A DNA stretch of 64,000 bases from Podarcis erhardii (taxonomy: Eukaryota), in the NCBI GenBank assembly GCA_964252035.1, contig OZ176200.1. One strand, given 5' to 3'. The notes below the pieces were generated by a model that was given only the letters and a program-made list of their open reading frames with translations, was not told where the DNA came from and ran no database searches. The number at the start of each line of letters is the position of its first letter. Position 1 is the first letter of the stretch. Shown here piece by piece: positions 49,818 to 62,666 of the stretch. The translations under genes were made by a program, and so were the position numbers.

Positions 49818-50298
49818 TGAAAGTGGCCAATGGGGGGATTGCTGGAGTGTGCAGATAAAGTTGATTAGGTGCAACCCTGCACACAGCTAGGCTGCTTAAA
49901 CTGGTCTATGTGCAACTTTGCAGCTTCTGAGATAAACTGCACTTGGATATTGCATAAATTGGGGGAATTATACTTCATATTGATGTAGCTTAATCACTTC
50001 TCAACTTTTGATTGTGATTTCTGCCATTGGGAGCAACAGACTCTAGGCTCTCCGATTACTGAAATGGTAAACTTGTTTGACTTCTTGCAAAAAGTCAGTC
50101 ATATACAGATCCACATTCCCTAGCATAGTCCACAGTCATTGGGGAAAGCTCTTATGAGCAGGCAGCAAATAGACTGCAAAGACAAGTTATCCTCATTATA
50201 GTCCAGGCGGCAGCAGGATCGAGCCTGCTTTAGCCTTTGTGTATCCTGCATTGTGCCATCCCACTGAATGTGTGTGCCACTGTTTTTTCCCCCTCCAG

Positions 50299-50467
50299 CC
50301 TGCAATGTGCTCTTTATCAACTCGGTGGAGATGGAATCATTAACAGGGCCACAGGCCATTGCCAAAGCTATCACGGAGACGCTGGCCGCTGACACCCCAC
50401 CATCTGCTACTATTGTCCACTTCAAAGTCTCAACGCAAGGAATCACCTTAACAGACAACCAGAGGAA
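50299..50467 (+). CDS. TNS1: TNS1 PTB exon (169 nt): [21 protein letters not shown]...[10 protein letters not shown]
   Basis: ccctccag| acceptor and GAA|gtaaga donor. Confidence 0.97.
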
Positions 50468-50880
50468 GTAAGAGCCAAATATGGTCTGGGACTCAGAATG
50501 ATCTGTGGGCTTCGAAATGAAGACTGTTTTTTCACACCCATTATCTGGTTGTGTTAGTGAGAAGTTCCCCAAGTTACTCTCTGCTTCATAAATAAGGCCC
50601 TCAGCAGTGGCACTGGTATAATACCCCATTTCAAATTTCTGTTTTGTCATAATTGGCTAGTAGGCATCAAGTAAAGCTCAGGATATTTTTGCATTTAATA
50701 CATCCCTGCTGGCCAGTGTTCCATTAGCCTTGCAAATGACTGATGCAGAGCTCATGTAATAGGATGGTACTGATTTACCTTGGGGTTGTTTGGCCATTTG
50801 TATGGATGGGCCCAGAAGCATTCATCCACTATCATTTCTTTTAACTATGTCACTTACTCATGTTCATATTTCTGTTTCAG

Positions 50881-50949
50881 GCTGTTCTTCAGACGACATT
50901 ACCCCATCATCAGTGTCACCTTCTGTGATGTGGACCCACAGGAGAGAAA
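50881..50949 (+). CDS. TNS1: TNS1 PTB exon (69 nt): [23 protein letters not shown]
   Basis: ctgtttcag| acceptor and AAA|gtaagt donor. Confidence 0.96.
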
Positions 50950-51558
50950 GTAAGTGGCAGCAGGGTTTTCGTTTTATTGTGATTAAAGAGACAAATAAAA
51001 AAAGTACTCATAGGCAGATATATCATAGCAAAGATGGGGTGGGGAAAATGACTTTGTTTTCTATCCTAGGTTATTTATTTATTTAAAGACTTTTACTGTT
51101 GCTTTCCAGTGTAAGCTTGCAAGGTGCCTAATAAGAAGCAGCTAAAACTCAACATTTGGGCAGTATTTAAAAAAAATAAAAATAAACAGTGAAAAGAGCA
51201 ATAAACCAGAGAAGGCAAGAGTAAAATACACCATCCATTAAAGTTCAAGAGCCTGGCTCTGAAAATCTAACAGGATAGGCACCAGCTGAGTATCACTAAA
51301 GAAAAAGAAAAAAGCCCTGTCACCTCTGCATGTGACTGTACCTTGAACAGTGCCTGGTTTGCATATCTTAAGGAACAGGCAGTTTCACAGAACAGGATCA
51401 TATCCATAAAGGAACTCCTAATTTATATCAGACAAAGAACCTATTTAAGGAGCACTAAACCATAGCTGAACAAAGCGAAATATAGGAGATGGCAGAACCC
51501 TTCATTCCCTTCCTTTGCTTCTCAAAAAATCCAAAGTTCTTGCAGACTCCATTTTCCA

Positions 51559-51684
51559 CATAGAATTCTATAATTGTATAGTTGGAAGGGACCATGAGGG
51601 TCATCCAGTCCAACCCCCTGCAATGCAGGAATCTTTTAAACCCATGACCCTGAGAGTAAGAGTCTTGTGCTGTACTCACTGAGA
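51559..51684 (-). mobile_element. Short tRNA-derived SINE with CR1-type tail (Squam2/POM-like)
   Basis: catagaattc...gttggaagggacc...agtccaaccccctgcaatgcaggaat followed by an antisense tRNA-like head. Confidence 0.75.
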
Positions 51685-51897
51685 GCAGAAATCTATGTAA
51701 TTAAACTTCTGTTCTTCTGTGACACTGCAGCAAGGTGGACTTCCTTAATTTCCAAAACACAGGAAATTGTCAATAGTAGGTGAGATTTCTAGGTGCCTCA
51801 CACACTTGATTATCCTTTATAAGGAACTACGCAAGGAGCAAAGGTGACAAACTGAACTTCAGTGAACCATTTGCTTTAGACAGTGCGGAAGCATCAT

Positions 51898-52082
51898 GGG
51901 AACACAGAAAGCTGCTTTATACCGAGTCCAACTATTGGTCCAACTAGGCCAGGATTGTCTATGCTGACTGGCAACTGCTATCCAGGGCTTCAGACAGGGG
52001 ACATTCCCATCCCTACCTGGGATGCCAGGGATTGGACTTGGGATCTTTTGCATCTGAAGCAGATGCTGTACCATTTAGCTAT
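51898..52082 (-). mobile_element. tRNA-derived SINE (Squam3-like)
   Basis: gaacacagaaagctgctttataccgagtc...cctacctgggatgccagggatt...agatgctgtacca. Confidence 0.8.
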
Positions 52083-52605
52083 ATCATAGCCCTGCTAGTT
52101 TCAGGGGCTTTGATTGGCATAAATATTTTGACATGAGATTCCAGAAGACTGACTAGAAGGGCCTGCAAAAATCACACCGTAGCCCATTGTTGTTTATGAA
52201 AGCTGTTCAATAGTGGAGGCACTGGAGCAGCATTGGGGGCACTGGAGCAGCTTGTATTTCAGAGACATTTTCCCAACAGCTCATAATTTCAACACTTTTG
52301 AAGGTCTTAATATATTCCGGCAACAGACCGTTTCTCAGAAGAAGGGGATAAGGAAGAGGGGTTTCTCATAATAGTAGGAGGTAGATGGAGCCCACGCCCC
52401 TTTCTTGGCTGTACTTATTTGTTACTTTAAACAGGGAAAAAAGGGGTCAAGTGATTAGCCACCAATTCAGTCAAAGTGTTACTTTACCAGTCTTCCCTAC
52501 CCCCATACCCCACTTTAATTACTCCACTGTACATGTTGGACCTTAGTATTATTGTGGATTCCTGCCCTGGTGAAAATTAACCAAAGGCTGTTCTTATCTC
52601 CTCAG

Positions 52606-52638
52606 GTGGACTAAGTCAGACAGTGGTGGTGCTGCAAA
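52606..52638 (+). CDS. TNS1: TNS1 PTB small exon (33 nt): WTKSDSGGAAK
   Basis: ctcctcag| acceptor and CAA|gtaagt donor. Needed to keep phase 2 between its neighbours. Confidence 0.93.
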
Positions 52639-53473
52639 GTAAGTCTTGTTTTTCAACTTCAGGTTCATTGTTAGACTATTACAAAGGACAGAGGCCCTTC
52701 TGATAGTGGCTAGATTCTCCAAAGCTTACAGACATGTATGAATGGTTCTTTGGCCTAATTTATCTTGGATCAAAGTGGTTCACATAACTGAGAGGAGTGA
52801 TCAGATGGAGAGTTGGTCTGAACTTCCATATTGGTCCTAACTTTGAGGTCCAAAAGGCTTTAAAGCAGAAATCATCAGACCAAGAGAGATGTAATAGGCC
52901 AAATCTGTTTCCAGAAAATGTTTTTATTTTAGGCAAAGGGGCCAGCTTGGCTTTTATGTTATGCAAGTGTTGAGTTTCCCCATCGTTCCCATGAAGTGTC
53001 ATGACTCCAGTTTCCACATGTCATTATAGACATGCCCGCTACATTTCTGAATAAACAGCAAAGCCCATTCTTAGCCACGAAAATAGCACAGATAATACAC
53101 ACCAGCCCACATGGCCCTTGATTCCCAAAGGAGGGGTGTGCCACTGCCATACCAAGTCATCTTTGACTTCTCCAGACAACCATCAGGGAACGTAGCACAA
53201 GGTTCTTAAAGTCTCTGAGGAAATCTTGAGAGAAACCATCTTGGTTGAATTCTTTGTTGCGCAAGAAGTCTTGAAGTTCCATGGATTTTTTCAAGTGTTT
53301 ACCTAAGGAAATGAAATACAAACTTCCACTTCATTTACACTGGGAAATGTTACTTTAAAAATAAAACAGAGAATGTGTTTAAATAATATTTGAGAATGTC
53401 TGGTTGTATCCCCCCCCCCCCAAAAAAAACCCCAGACCTGGTTGAAAAGTTATACGCAGCAGCAGGCTGCATA

Positions 53474-53840
53474 CCGTATTTTTCGCTCTATAACACGCAC
53501 CTGACCATAACACGCACATCGTTTTTAGAGGAGGAAAACAAGGGAAAAAACATTCTGAATGAAACAGTGGATGTATCATTTTTGTGCTTCATGCTGTGGC
53601 CACAGACATGTGCTCTGATGGTGAATTTGGGCTGACCCAATGCAAAGTTCCTGAGGATCCATGTAGATCCATGCTTTTTAACCACATTTTAAGTGGGGAG
53701 GGAAGGAAAAACACAGAACGGACAAGGAGCACGAGAGGGGTGTGCAGAGAAGCAGCTGGCTAAGAATGCAGGAGAGGGGTATAACGGGAGGGAGGAAAAG
53801 AAGGCAAAAGTTTTCCCTCACCTACCCACCCAAGCCAGCC

Positions 53841-53877
<37 letters not shown>

Positions 53878-54211
53878 CTGCATGTTTTCAGCAGCACGAC
53901 ACTCTGCTTTCCCCTCTGCTTGCCTGGAGGGGAGGGGCTTTCCCTGCTCTTTGTTCCGTTTGAGCAAACACAGCAAGGAAACAGAGGTGGGTGGGCAGTA
54001 AGACCCTGAGGCAGAATGCAGGAAAGCAGCCGCTTCCTCTTTTCAGGTTTCCCTTCTCCGAGACGCGCGATTTGATTTTTGCCTGATTTTTTTTTGTCTC
54101 CCCTCGCGCCATTTGGCTCCAGGGACCACACATTCGCTCAATAACACGCACAGACATTTCCCCTTCCTTTTTAGGAGAAAAAATCTGCGTGTTATAGAAG
54201 GAAAAATACGG
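53474..54211. mobile_element. Non-autonomous Tc1/mariner (Tc2/Kanga-like) DNA transposon, 738 bp
   Basis: 26-bp TIRs ccgtatttttcgctctataacacgca / tgcgtgttatagaaggaaaaatacgg (2 mismatches), TA TSD, internal (CT)n at ~53845-53873. Confidence 0.88.
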
Positions 54212-55127
54212 TACATCTGCACATGTCCATTTCCCACTCAGTTGGTGCATCCATCTGTTTCAGGGAGTGGGAAGTGACCCTTGATTCAGACAGATTTGCT
54301 TTCAATCTGTTATCAGTGCTGTCAAAACCATGCTTAGCATTGCATGAATGGCTCCATCAATTGGTACCACAGAAACAACCCTGACTTCAGTTCCTCAGTT
54401 TAATGTTCCTCAGCATATGGCAGTCTGTAACCACAAGCAGTGATGGCAGTCTATCCTACCAATGTCCAACTCACTTAGGGACTGTTGCCTGTGTCTAGCT
54501 TATCTAAACTCACACTGGAGAGTTCAGTACTTCATGTTGAGGTCACATTTCACATGTTCCCAAAGGGGGTGGAGGGCAGGAGACAGAACAAGAGTCTGAA
54601 AAAGACTCTTGCCATCCCAAACTCAAATGCAAAAACTTCTTTTTTTCTAACCTCCCAAGTTTTGCCAATTTGTTTAGAAAAAGAAAAAGGACTGAAAAAT
54701 GCAGTAGAAAAATGCAATCAGAGTAATAATTTGTTCCAATAAACAATGGAGAGTTTTGTACTATAGATGTGATACTAGCCCATACATAATGAGAGATTTA
54801 TTGAATATGATCCTTTTACTTCTACTAGGGGAGAAAAATCCTATTAAAAGCCAAGCTGTGTGACCAATTTGAGCTACTTCCTCTCTCTGGTCGTGTTTTC
54901 CGTTCTCCTCCTGATACTGCCTCTAGCTGAGTAGCTTGGAGCGAGCTCTGGGGGCTTATGGGCCCCACTAATTTTAGGTACTGTCTGTAGCAAGGGGTGT
55001 TTTTATTAGAATCTCCAGCTGTCTGGATTTTTCTTTCTCTAATTAGAAATGACAGGAGGAGGATCACATTTTGTTCCATTTTGTTTCATCTAGTATTTAT
55101 AACTTTCCTTCTGAAAGTTAAAATTGA

Positions 55128-55171
55128 AAACAAACAAACAAACAAACAAACAAACAAACAAACAAACAAAC
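55128..55171. repeat. (AAAC)11 microsatellite
   Basis: Read directly from the sequence. Confidence 0.97.
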
Positions 55172-55439
55172 CCAAAACATCTTGTTCTTACTGAGATAAT
55201 GGAGCTACACCAATTGAAATCCACATCCTTTCTCCAAAGGCCACACCTCCCCACCTCCAATTCCATGTGATACATGTCTCAAGTTCCACTGGTAGAAGAT
55301 TGAATATTTATATAGCTTATCTGATAACACTAGTATGCAATCTCTCCTCCACAAATAGCTGTGGTTATTCATGTCTGCCCTAGCTTACACCTTTCTCTCT
55401 CTCCCTTGCCTCCCATTCTTTTCTTTGTCATCTCTGCAG

Positions 55440-55584
55440 ACTCTTTGGCTTTGTGGCCAGGAAACAAGGCAGTACAACAGACAACGTCTGCCACCTCTTT
55501 GCTGAGCTGGACCCCGACCAACCAGCTGCTGCCATTGTCAACTTTGTCTCCAGGGTCATGCTCGGCTCCTCTCAGAAGAGATGA
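55440..55584 (+). CDS. TNS1: TNS1 last coding exon: [47 protein letters not shown]
   Basis: ctctgcag| acceptor and TGA at 55582-55584; canonical tensin PTB C-terminus. Confidence 0.97.
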
Positions 55585-58500
55585 ACCGATGCCTTCCCCC
55601 TGAAGGGGGCTTCTTGCCCTTGAATTTTGAAGAAGGACTTGGAGTTGTTCCGAGAAGGAGTGCGAGGAAGTGCGTTGCAAAAGAGGGAAGTGAACCAATT
55701 TTAGGGGGCGGGGGGAGAGAGGGAGAGTGGGGAAAGGTCTGAATTGCTGAAAAGCCCAAACCAAGCAAACGTACGTACATAGTAGAAACCAAGGAACCGA
55801 CATCGTCGCCTTTCCCTGCCAAGTTCAAGAGGTGGAGACAATTTTGGCTTTTTGGATCAGCATGAAATCAGAGAATTCAGCCCCACAGGCCAAAGCACGG
55901 ATCTTATTTACCTTTGTGGGGTAGGACTATATAGTAGTTGCTTGTTTAGAAAATAAGGCAAACTTTTAAAAAAATCATGAATACGTGAGCTGCAGGAATC
56001 ACATTGAGAGACATGCCGAACAAGCAATCATTGGTACCCATTTCTGAAAGTAATTGCTCCCAACTCTTCAACTGCTGAATGTATGGAGCGTGTGTGCGTG
56101 TGCCTGTGTGTGCGCATTTGTGTAGTGTGCACCTGTTGCAATACATATCTGTGGAAATCTGCAGTGTTAAGATCATGACTTTGCTGAGTGATGTGATGGT
56201 TATTCAGAACGGTTGACCCCTGCATTCTCCTCCTCCTCTAGGAACATTGGCCTCCATTACTCCAGCTGGAGAAGCCTCATGAGCAGTAGCACCTGATCTA
56301 CTACAGAGGCAGGAAGTCCACACCTCATACATGTGCACAGTGCATGTGCACACATAATTTGTATACCAGAGTTGCAGGGAGTATTCCCCTAGCTAAGTTT
56401 AAGGAGCATGCTAGCCACATCATAATTATATCTTCTGGTTTCTATGCAATGAGACCCATGGTTGGTCATTTGAACAGGGAATCTGTCCCATGATCCCCTT
56501 GCCCCTAAAAAAAATTTAATACCAGCAGTTTGGGAATGCCATTCCTTTCCTGTCCAGGCTTACCCCTTCTCGGTAGGCATGCACGTCATTTTGTATCTTG
56601 CATGGAAATTATTCAATTGCGCGAAGGCAAGATGAATGATCCAGTAATGGGAAGAGGGGGATCTTGTTTTGAAGCCACTAGGAATAATGATGTAAGGAGA
56701 GCCAACTTGGTGTGAGCTTTGGCTTAAGCACAGCCATAGTTGATTAATCTGTATCCATTTGAGCGCAACAATTAATATGTAGCAAAATTCATTATTTTGC
56801 CTCTTCAGGCTTTGTGTTTGCTTCTGGAGGCATCAGATCTTGCATCGACACACTAGTTGACACTTGGCAGTGTTGTCCTCAACTAACATTTGTTGTGGAA
56901 AGGGAGGCAGTTTCTACCTTGCAAATCTTTTTTGTGCAGAGCCGCTACATATCCATTTTCACAGTGAATGAGGTAGAATGTAGCAGCAGCCATGGAGGAA
57001 CTATGTATTTTTCTGCCAACATCACAAATTAGTCTTTTTACTAGCATGACTTCTGCCACTCCTAATGGGGGGCCTGCAGAAGTGCTGCCTATTAACTAAT
57101 GGCTCTGGGTATCTTTGTCAAGGAAAGGTTAACTTGTCAGGAGACGTCTGCTTTGTTGTGGAAGTATCCTTCTGTTGTGTAGGGTTCTCACATCATCTGC
57201 ACTGGCAAATCCCAGACATGAACACTTGTGCTGAATGGACAAAGAGATGTTCCCATGTGTCAAATCCTATGGGTTTATTGTGAATTCTTCAACCTCTACT
57301 TAGACTAGAGTCAAGGCCCTGCTGAAAGCAAGTCACTTTTGGCTTGCTGTGTCAGCTGGTCCAACGGGGATTGGTCAAAGACTTATGAAGAGACTAGCAT
57401 GCATGACAACAACTTGAATCAACAGATAAGGAGCATGTGGGAAGTAAGCCCTTCACACCCTCCTCTGTTGATAACACGCGACAGGACTCATGACATACAG
57501 TGTGGGTTGGGTTGGGCTGAGACCTCCCATTTAAAACAATGGATGAAAAGTCTGTTCCCCTAAAATGCCATCTGGGTTCCTGAATTAGCAGGGGAAGATC
57601 TTTAGGGACAGGCTGTGTGTTGATGAAGCACTTCAGCATGAAGCCATGCAACATTCACTAAAAAGTCAAAATACAAACTCCAAGTCATGCAGTCACCTAA
57701 ATTCCCCTAGAGAGTGTGGCTCTCTCATTGCCTTGATATAATATATATATGTATGTATGTATGTATGTATGAAATATACTGACGAAATAATGTAAGCTAA
57801 TCAAAAAAATTTAAAGTGAAATTTACACAAAAAGTATTTATTTTTGCCATATTGCTTTTATCTATCTTTTACCTCCTCTGATATTTTCATCTTCCTACAT
57901 TCCCCCCTCCTCCCTGTCCATGTTATAGACTCTTGTATGTATAACTTAGTACAAAGTGCTTATTTGGTTAGTATTATTGACATGGGCAAGATTTCAAAAG
58001 ATGTCCATCCCTCTCCACCCCAGCCCCATAAGAGCAATGTATTTTGATATCATGCCACAGGGCAGTGCAACAATACAGCCTTTCTCATCCCCACCACCTC
58101 ATTTTTAGAAATGAGCAAGTGAGCATGTATAAATTTTGTACTTCGTTGCTGAGTGACGCAAAGGTTAGAGGTGTGCGTATGTGTGAAAGTGTGTGAAGAG
58201 AGACTTATTTCTGGATACTGTATAAAGCATGAGTTTTGCATCCAAGGACTGTTGTTGAGATGGTTCCTTGGATGGAGTGGGAGCATCAGTTATTGGTGTC
58301 ATCGTCCAGGCTCTGCCCCACCCGCATCCAGATGGGATGCCAGAGACTGCGATAGCTTATTCTCTTCTAGGTTACAAATATTTCCTCCTTCTGCAAAATT
58401 CAAGCAAGATGATCCCCCCTCCCTCACCTGCAACTGTCTCACCCTGCCATTAACCAATTAGAGAAACACTGTGTCTATAGATATATATATAAATATTATA

Positions 58501-60785
58501 AATATATATATTTTTTGAAAGTCTCTATTTTTCAGACTTCATTTTTTCACTGCTTTCAAAAAATTAAAATTTGCAATCTCACCCTTCCCCTTCATCATTT
58601 GCTGTCGTGCCACAGAGAGCGGTATTGAAACTTTATGGTTCATTATTGTTTTGCCATTCAAAGGAAGTGACCTTGATATAAGGCTTCTGTGGTCACATAT
58701 ATATCATCATGGCGAGCACACGCATGTCAGAATACCTGCTTCCAGCCATGACCTGCTCACTGCTCCTTTACTAACTCACTAGCTGAAGATGGAAAGTTTA
58801 AAGATCCCTATGTGTTTGGGCCATACTTTCTGACTATGGCTTTATTTTAAAAGGCAGAGCTAATCACATTATGTAACTTGTTGCTTTTCCAGCTTGCATT
58901 CAAGACAAAAGCTGCATTTTAGGAGTAACTGTTGTATTTATCAACCACAGTTTTTCCATAGATCAGGTCCCCAGCTCCTCCAGGGTGGCTCTCGATCCGG
59001 AGCTAACCAAGTGCTTGTGAAAAAGAGCACAAAGAGGCACAAGAAGTTGCTAGAAGAAATGAGAGTTCCCCCAGACCCAATAATTTCTGTGTGTATACTG
59101 ATTGGGTTAGTGGAGTATGATTTTTATCTGCCCTTCCTTCCTTTCCCTCAACTTGCAGTGTGCCTCTCCATTTGTGCTAAGAACCATAGAGCAGGGATCA
59201 AAAGGAGACCAGTCTCGATGGAACCTCTGGTCCATTTTTATGGACTGCCAGTGCCAACCCAGGAAGGAACATCCTGGCATATGTGAGGAGGAGAAGGCAA
59301 CCAATTTTCGAAACACTGTCACAACTTCAGAGGCAACAGATTGTCTCCTTCTCTGCCTTGTGGGGCTATTTACGTCTGCCATGTTCTTTATCCATTGATC
59401 TCCCCGCACCCAGCCACTTGCCCAGGATGTAAGTGAGCTGCTCACTAGGTGAGTCATCCTTGGGTTGGTTTGTTGGTGTTAATTTGCCTCAGCCACAGTT
59501 TCTTCATAGGCTTAAGGAGGCTGTTTGTGGCACTGGAGAGAGCGAGTCCCTGTTCTAAACTGGTTTAGTTACTTTCTGCCAAACTCCAAGTGCTGGAGGA
59601 GCTGCTGCAATCCCCGAAAAAACTTGTGCCATTTATTGAATGTCTTTTAAAGAGCACAAGAGAAGATAATTCCATCTGAAACTCACCAACTCATTTCCAA
59701 TGCCTGGGACTGATGTCTAATGTAATCCCCCCCCCCCCCAATGTATGCAATGTAGTAATAACTCTACCCTTTCAATAGAAGGTGTTATATTTTATACACA
59801 TGCACACAAACACCCTCCTCCGTACAAAAAGAACTGCATAATCTTGCCAAAGATACCTGTCTGAAATGCACTTTCCTCTTCCTGTTGGCTGTACATTTCT
59901 TGAATGTGCCTCTTTTCCACTCTTTGGTTTTTCTTTCTTTGTTTTAAAATCGTGTTTACTAGTGACTTTTGTTCATTATGTTTTCCTCTAGCAAATTTGT
60001 GAAACTTAAATCACCCTTCCACCAGCTGGGTGGTGATAACTAATTTGATATATAACTTGAGATTTGAGTACGGTTACTGAGCAGTGAAACAGCCAAAGTA
60101 AGATGTAGAAGAGAACAGGAGCAAAGCCATTCATATACCCTCATGTCCAGTTCCTTAAATGTTATAAAAATCCCAAATTTATCCCTAAAGCTCCTGCAGT
60201 TGCTTGCTTTAAATACAACTTCAAATAAGTAATCATTTTTAAATAAGTAATCCCTTCCCAATGCCTGTGAAAGAAATTTAAAGTAAACAGCATTAGAGAC
60301 AGTACTGTCTCTTTTTGTCTCTATGTAGCTGACATACAATGGACAAAGATGTTTAATATTTTGCAGCAACAAATATTATTTGACATCCAGCTCAATATAG
60401 CTGTGAGGATTAATGACCTAATATATCTCTGCATTATGGCAAACGGCTGCACTGCTACTCTACATGGGGCATTGAGCTAGCATTGTAGTTTTGCTAAATC
60501 TTTCTTGTAGTATAAGAAAGTCATAAGGCCAGAGTCATAAGGACCATACTAGACCAATACCCAAAAGAAACCAATGGCCTGTACTCAGTAATTGGAACTG
60601 GATGTATTGGAGAAACATTTAAAGGCCACAGGCCCAATATATTACTATATTCTGGCAACCATCAATTTATTAATCTGTTTGTGGATAACTCAGAACACGT
60701 TATTCAAGTTGAGTCTGTTCTGATTAAGCCAAGAAGTTCAGTTAAATATTAAAAGGGATAAAACCATCACTTTGTGAGGAATAAA
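55585..60785 (+). other. TNS1: Probable TNS1 3' UTR (end uncertain)
   Basis: Follows the stop codon. The first canonical AATAAA I found is at 60780-60785, with ATTAAA variants at 58563 and 60748. Mammalian TNS1 also has a multi-kb 3' UTR. Confidence 0.5.
60780..60785 (+). terminator. Candidate polyadenylation signal AATAAA
   Basis: First canonical hexamer found after the stop; others at ~61053 and ~61128. Not verifiable without 3'-end data. Confidence 0.35.
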
Positions 60786-62666
60786 CTCCCAGGTTTATAC
60801 ATGGACATAATAGCTTCTGTCATACTAAGGCAATGAAGACTAACATCTCCTATTGCAGCCCCCTTATAAAGCTTCCACCCATTTTTAGAAGTTGTTCCAT
60901 AATTTGTCATCATAGTGTTTGTACAGCATTTTCATCAGCATTCTCACCCACATTAAAAACAAACAAACCCTTGTTCAACATGGCCCCTCATTCACCCAGC
61001 GCCCAGTAATGGCAACCTGGCAGCATAGCCACAAAGCTCCTGTGGTTCTCCAAATAAATCATTAGCCAATGCCATCCAATATATACCTGAATTTGGGGCT
61101 AAAGAAAAGCAGCATATATAGGGTTATTAATAAAAGCAACAGACTCCTAAAACAACACCGGAATATTGAGCCCCACAAAAAGAAGACATTTTACTCCTAA
61201 CCATATTCCTTGGAAGTGCCCCATTACAATCATGTGGTCCTACAAGTGATGGGTTTAGGATTGGGATGCTGGTTTCTGTTGCAAGTAGGTACTTTTTCAA
61301 AGAGCAACATAAAATTACTCAACTCTGGAGCACGCCCATTGATCTCCAGTAGTCAGTTCCCATTTTTTAAAGTAGGTCTACAGGAGATGAGTGGCATAGC
61401 TCCAAAATCAGTTTCAGATTTAAAGCCAAATGGTCCAAATCTAACAGTGTTTACTAGGAAGTACATCCCATTCAAGTCAGTGACATCTACTCTCAAGTTA
61501 AGAGGGCAGTTCTATGCAGAAGTTAATTCCACTGAAGACAATAGAGCTTATAGACAATGGTTATAGGGTTGCAGCCGCTAAAAGCAGGGAGATCCAGACT
61601 TTAAAATTGCAGTTCAGACTATTTGCTGTTTTATGACTACCATGGTTAATGTTGTTACAGCAACCTTTATCAGTATTAATGACCTTTTAAAGCAACTTTT
61701 TGTTTCTTCTTGCATCCCCTCCCATTTTTAAAGTACACACCAAACATGCAAATGCCTACACAAAGAGGAGTAATTGGGAAGGGAAACAAGCCACATGCCA
61801 GAATTAACTCCCTTTTTATGTATTTATACAGACAGAATTATCCTTTATATTTTGTATCTTTGTGCCCATACCTTTTGTCACTTCTCTAAGAGACGCCTCT
61901 GCATCACCCATGGTTCACGTGTGAATGGACCATGCACAACTAAGCTTTCCTTTCCCTTTGTACAGCTATCTCGACTCATTGCAGTTCCTTGTATGGCTTT
62001 ATAAATGATAAGATTTTAAACAAAATCAATTATATGAAATATACTGTTGCTTGAAAATGCCCCGCTTGGTGTCTGGATTGCTGGAATTGTATCTCAAAAC
62101 TTTAAGGGAGCAAAGGAATAAAGACTCTCTACTTTTTGCACAGGGAAATCATGATGGTGGCTGTATTCACTCCTGCTCCCTTGCACTCTCACACCGAAGA
62201 GTTTGCACGCTGCAAAAGAATAATAGAAAATGGTCCCTAGAGTTGCTCCTGAATTTCACCCAAAGAGAAATTTGAGGTGAATGTAGCTATTCTTGCTTGT
62301 CCCTTTTGCCAAAAAAACCCATGGACAATTTTGAAGAAAAACTGAAATGACTGCACAACGACCAGTAGCAGTTTCCACTCATTATCACCTAAGCATATGT
62401 TTATGTAAATGTGGACCTCTCCTACAGCAGCCCAGCCTCTGCAACAAAAAGTTGGGCCAGAGAGCAGGAGGGGCTTTCTAGTGGAGCACCTTGCATGTAC
62501 TTGTTTGGGAGGACACAAGGGTCACTGTGTCCACAGAATCCTTTTCTTCACCCTGCAGTGGTTTTTCTAGAATTCCCAATGCATGCAAATGCATAAAGAA
62601 GGTTGCACCACATTAGGTATTGGGTATGATACAGAAATGGGGGAATCTATCTATCTATATGATTAT

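Larger units (their letters stand above)
3317..55584 (+). other. TNS1: TNS1 (tensin-1) gene, 3' portion: 17 coding exons; 5' exons outside the window
   Basis: Exon peptides match remembered human/chicken tensin-1 ([79 protein letters not shown]2, PTB, C-terminus [14 protein letters not shown]). All introns are GT-AG and the phases chain without a frameshift. Confidence 0.97.

Noticed and set aside
53693-54250. Cluster of 64-123 aa ORFs on both strands
   Set aside because: They lie inside a non-autonomous DNA transposon with a (CT)n tract and show no transposase motifs.
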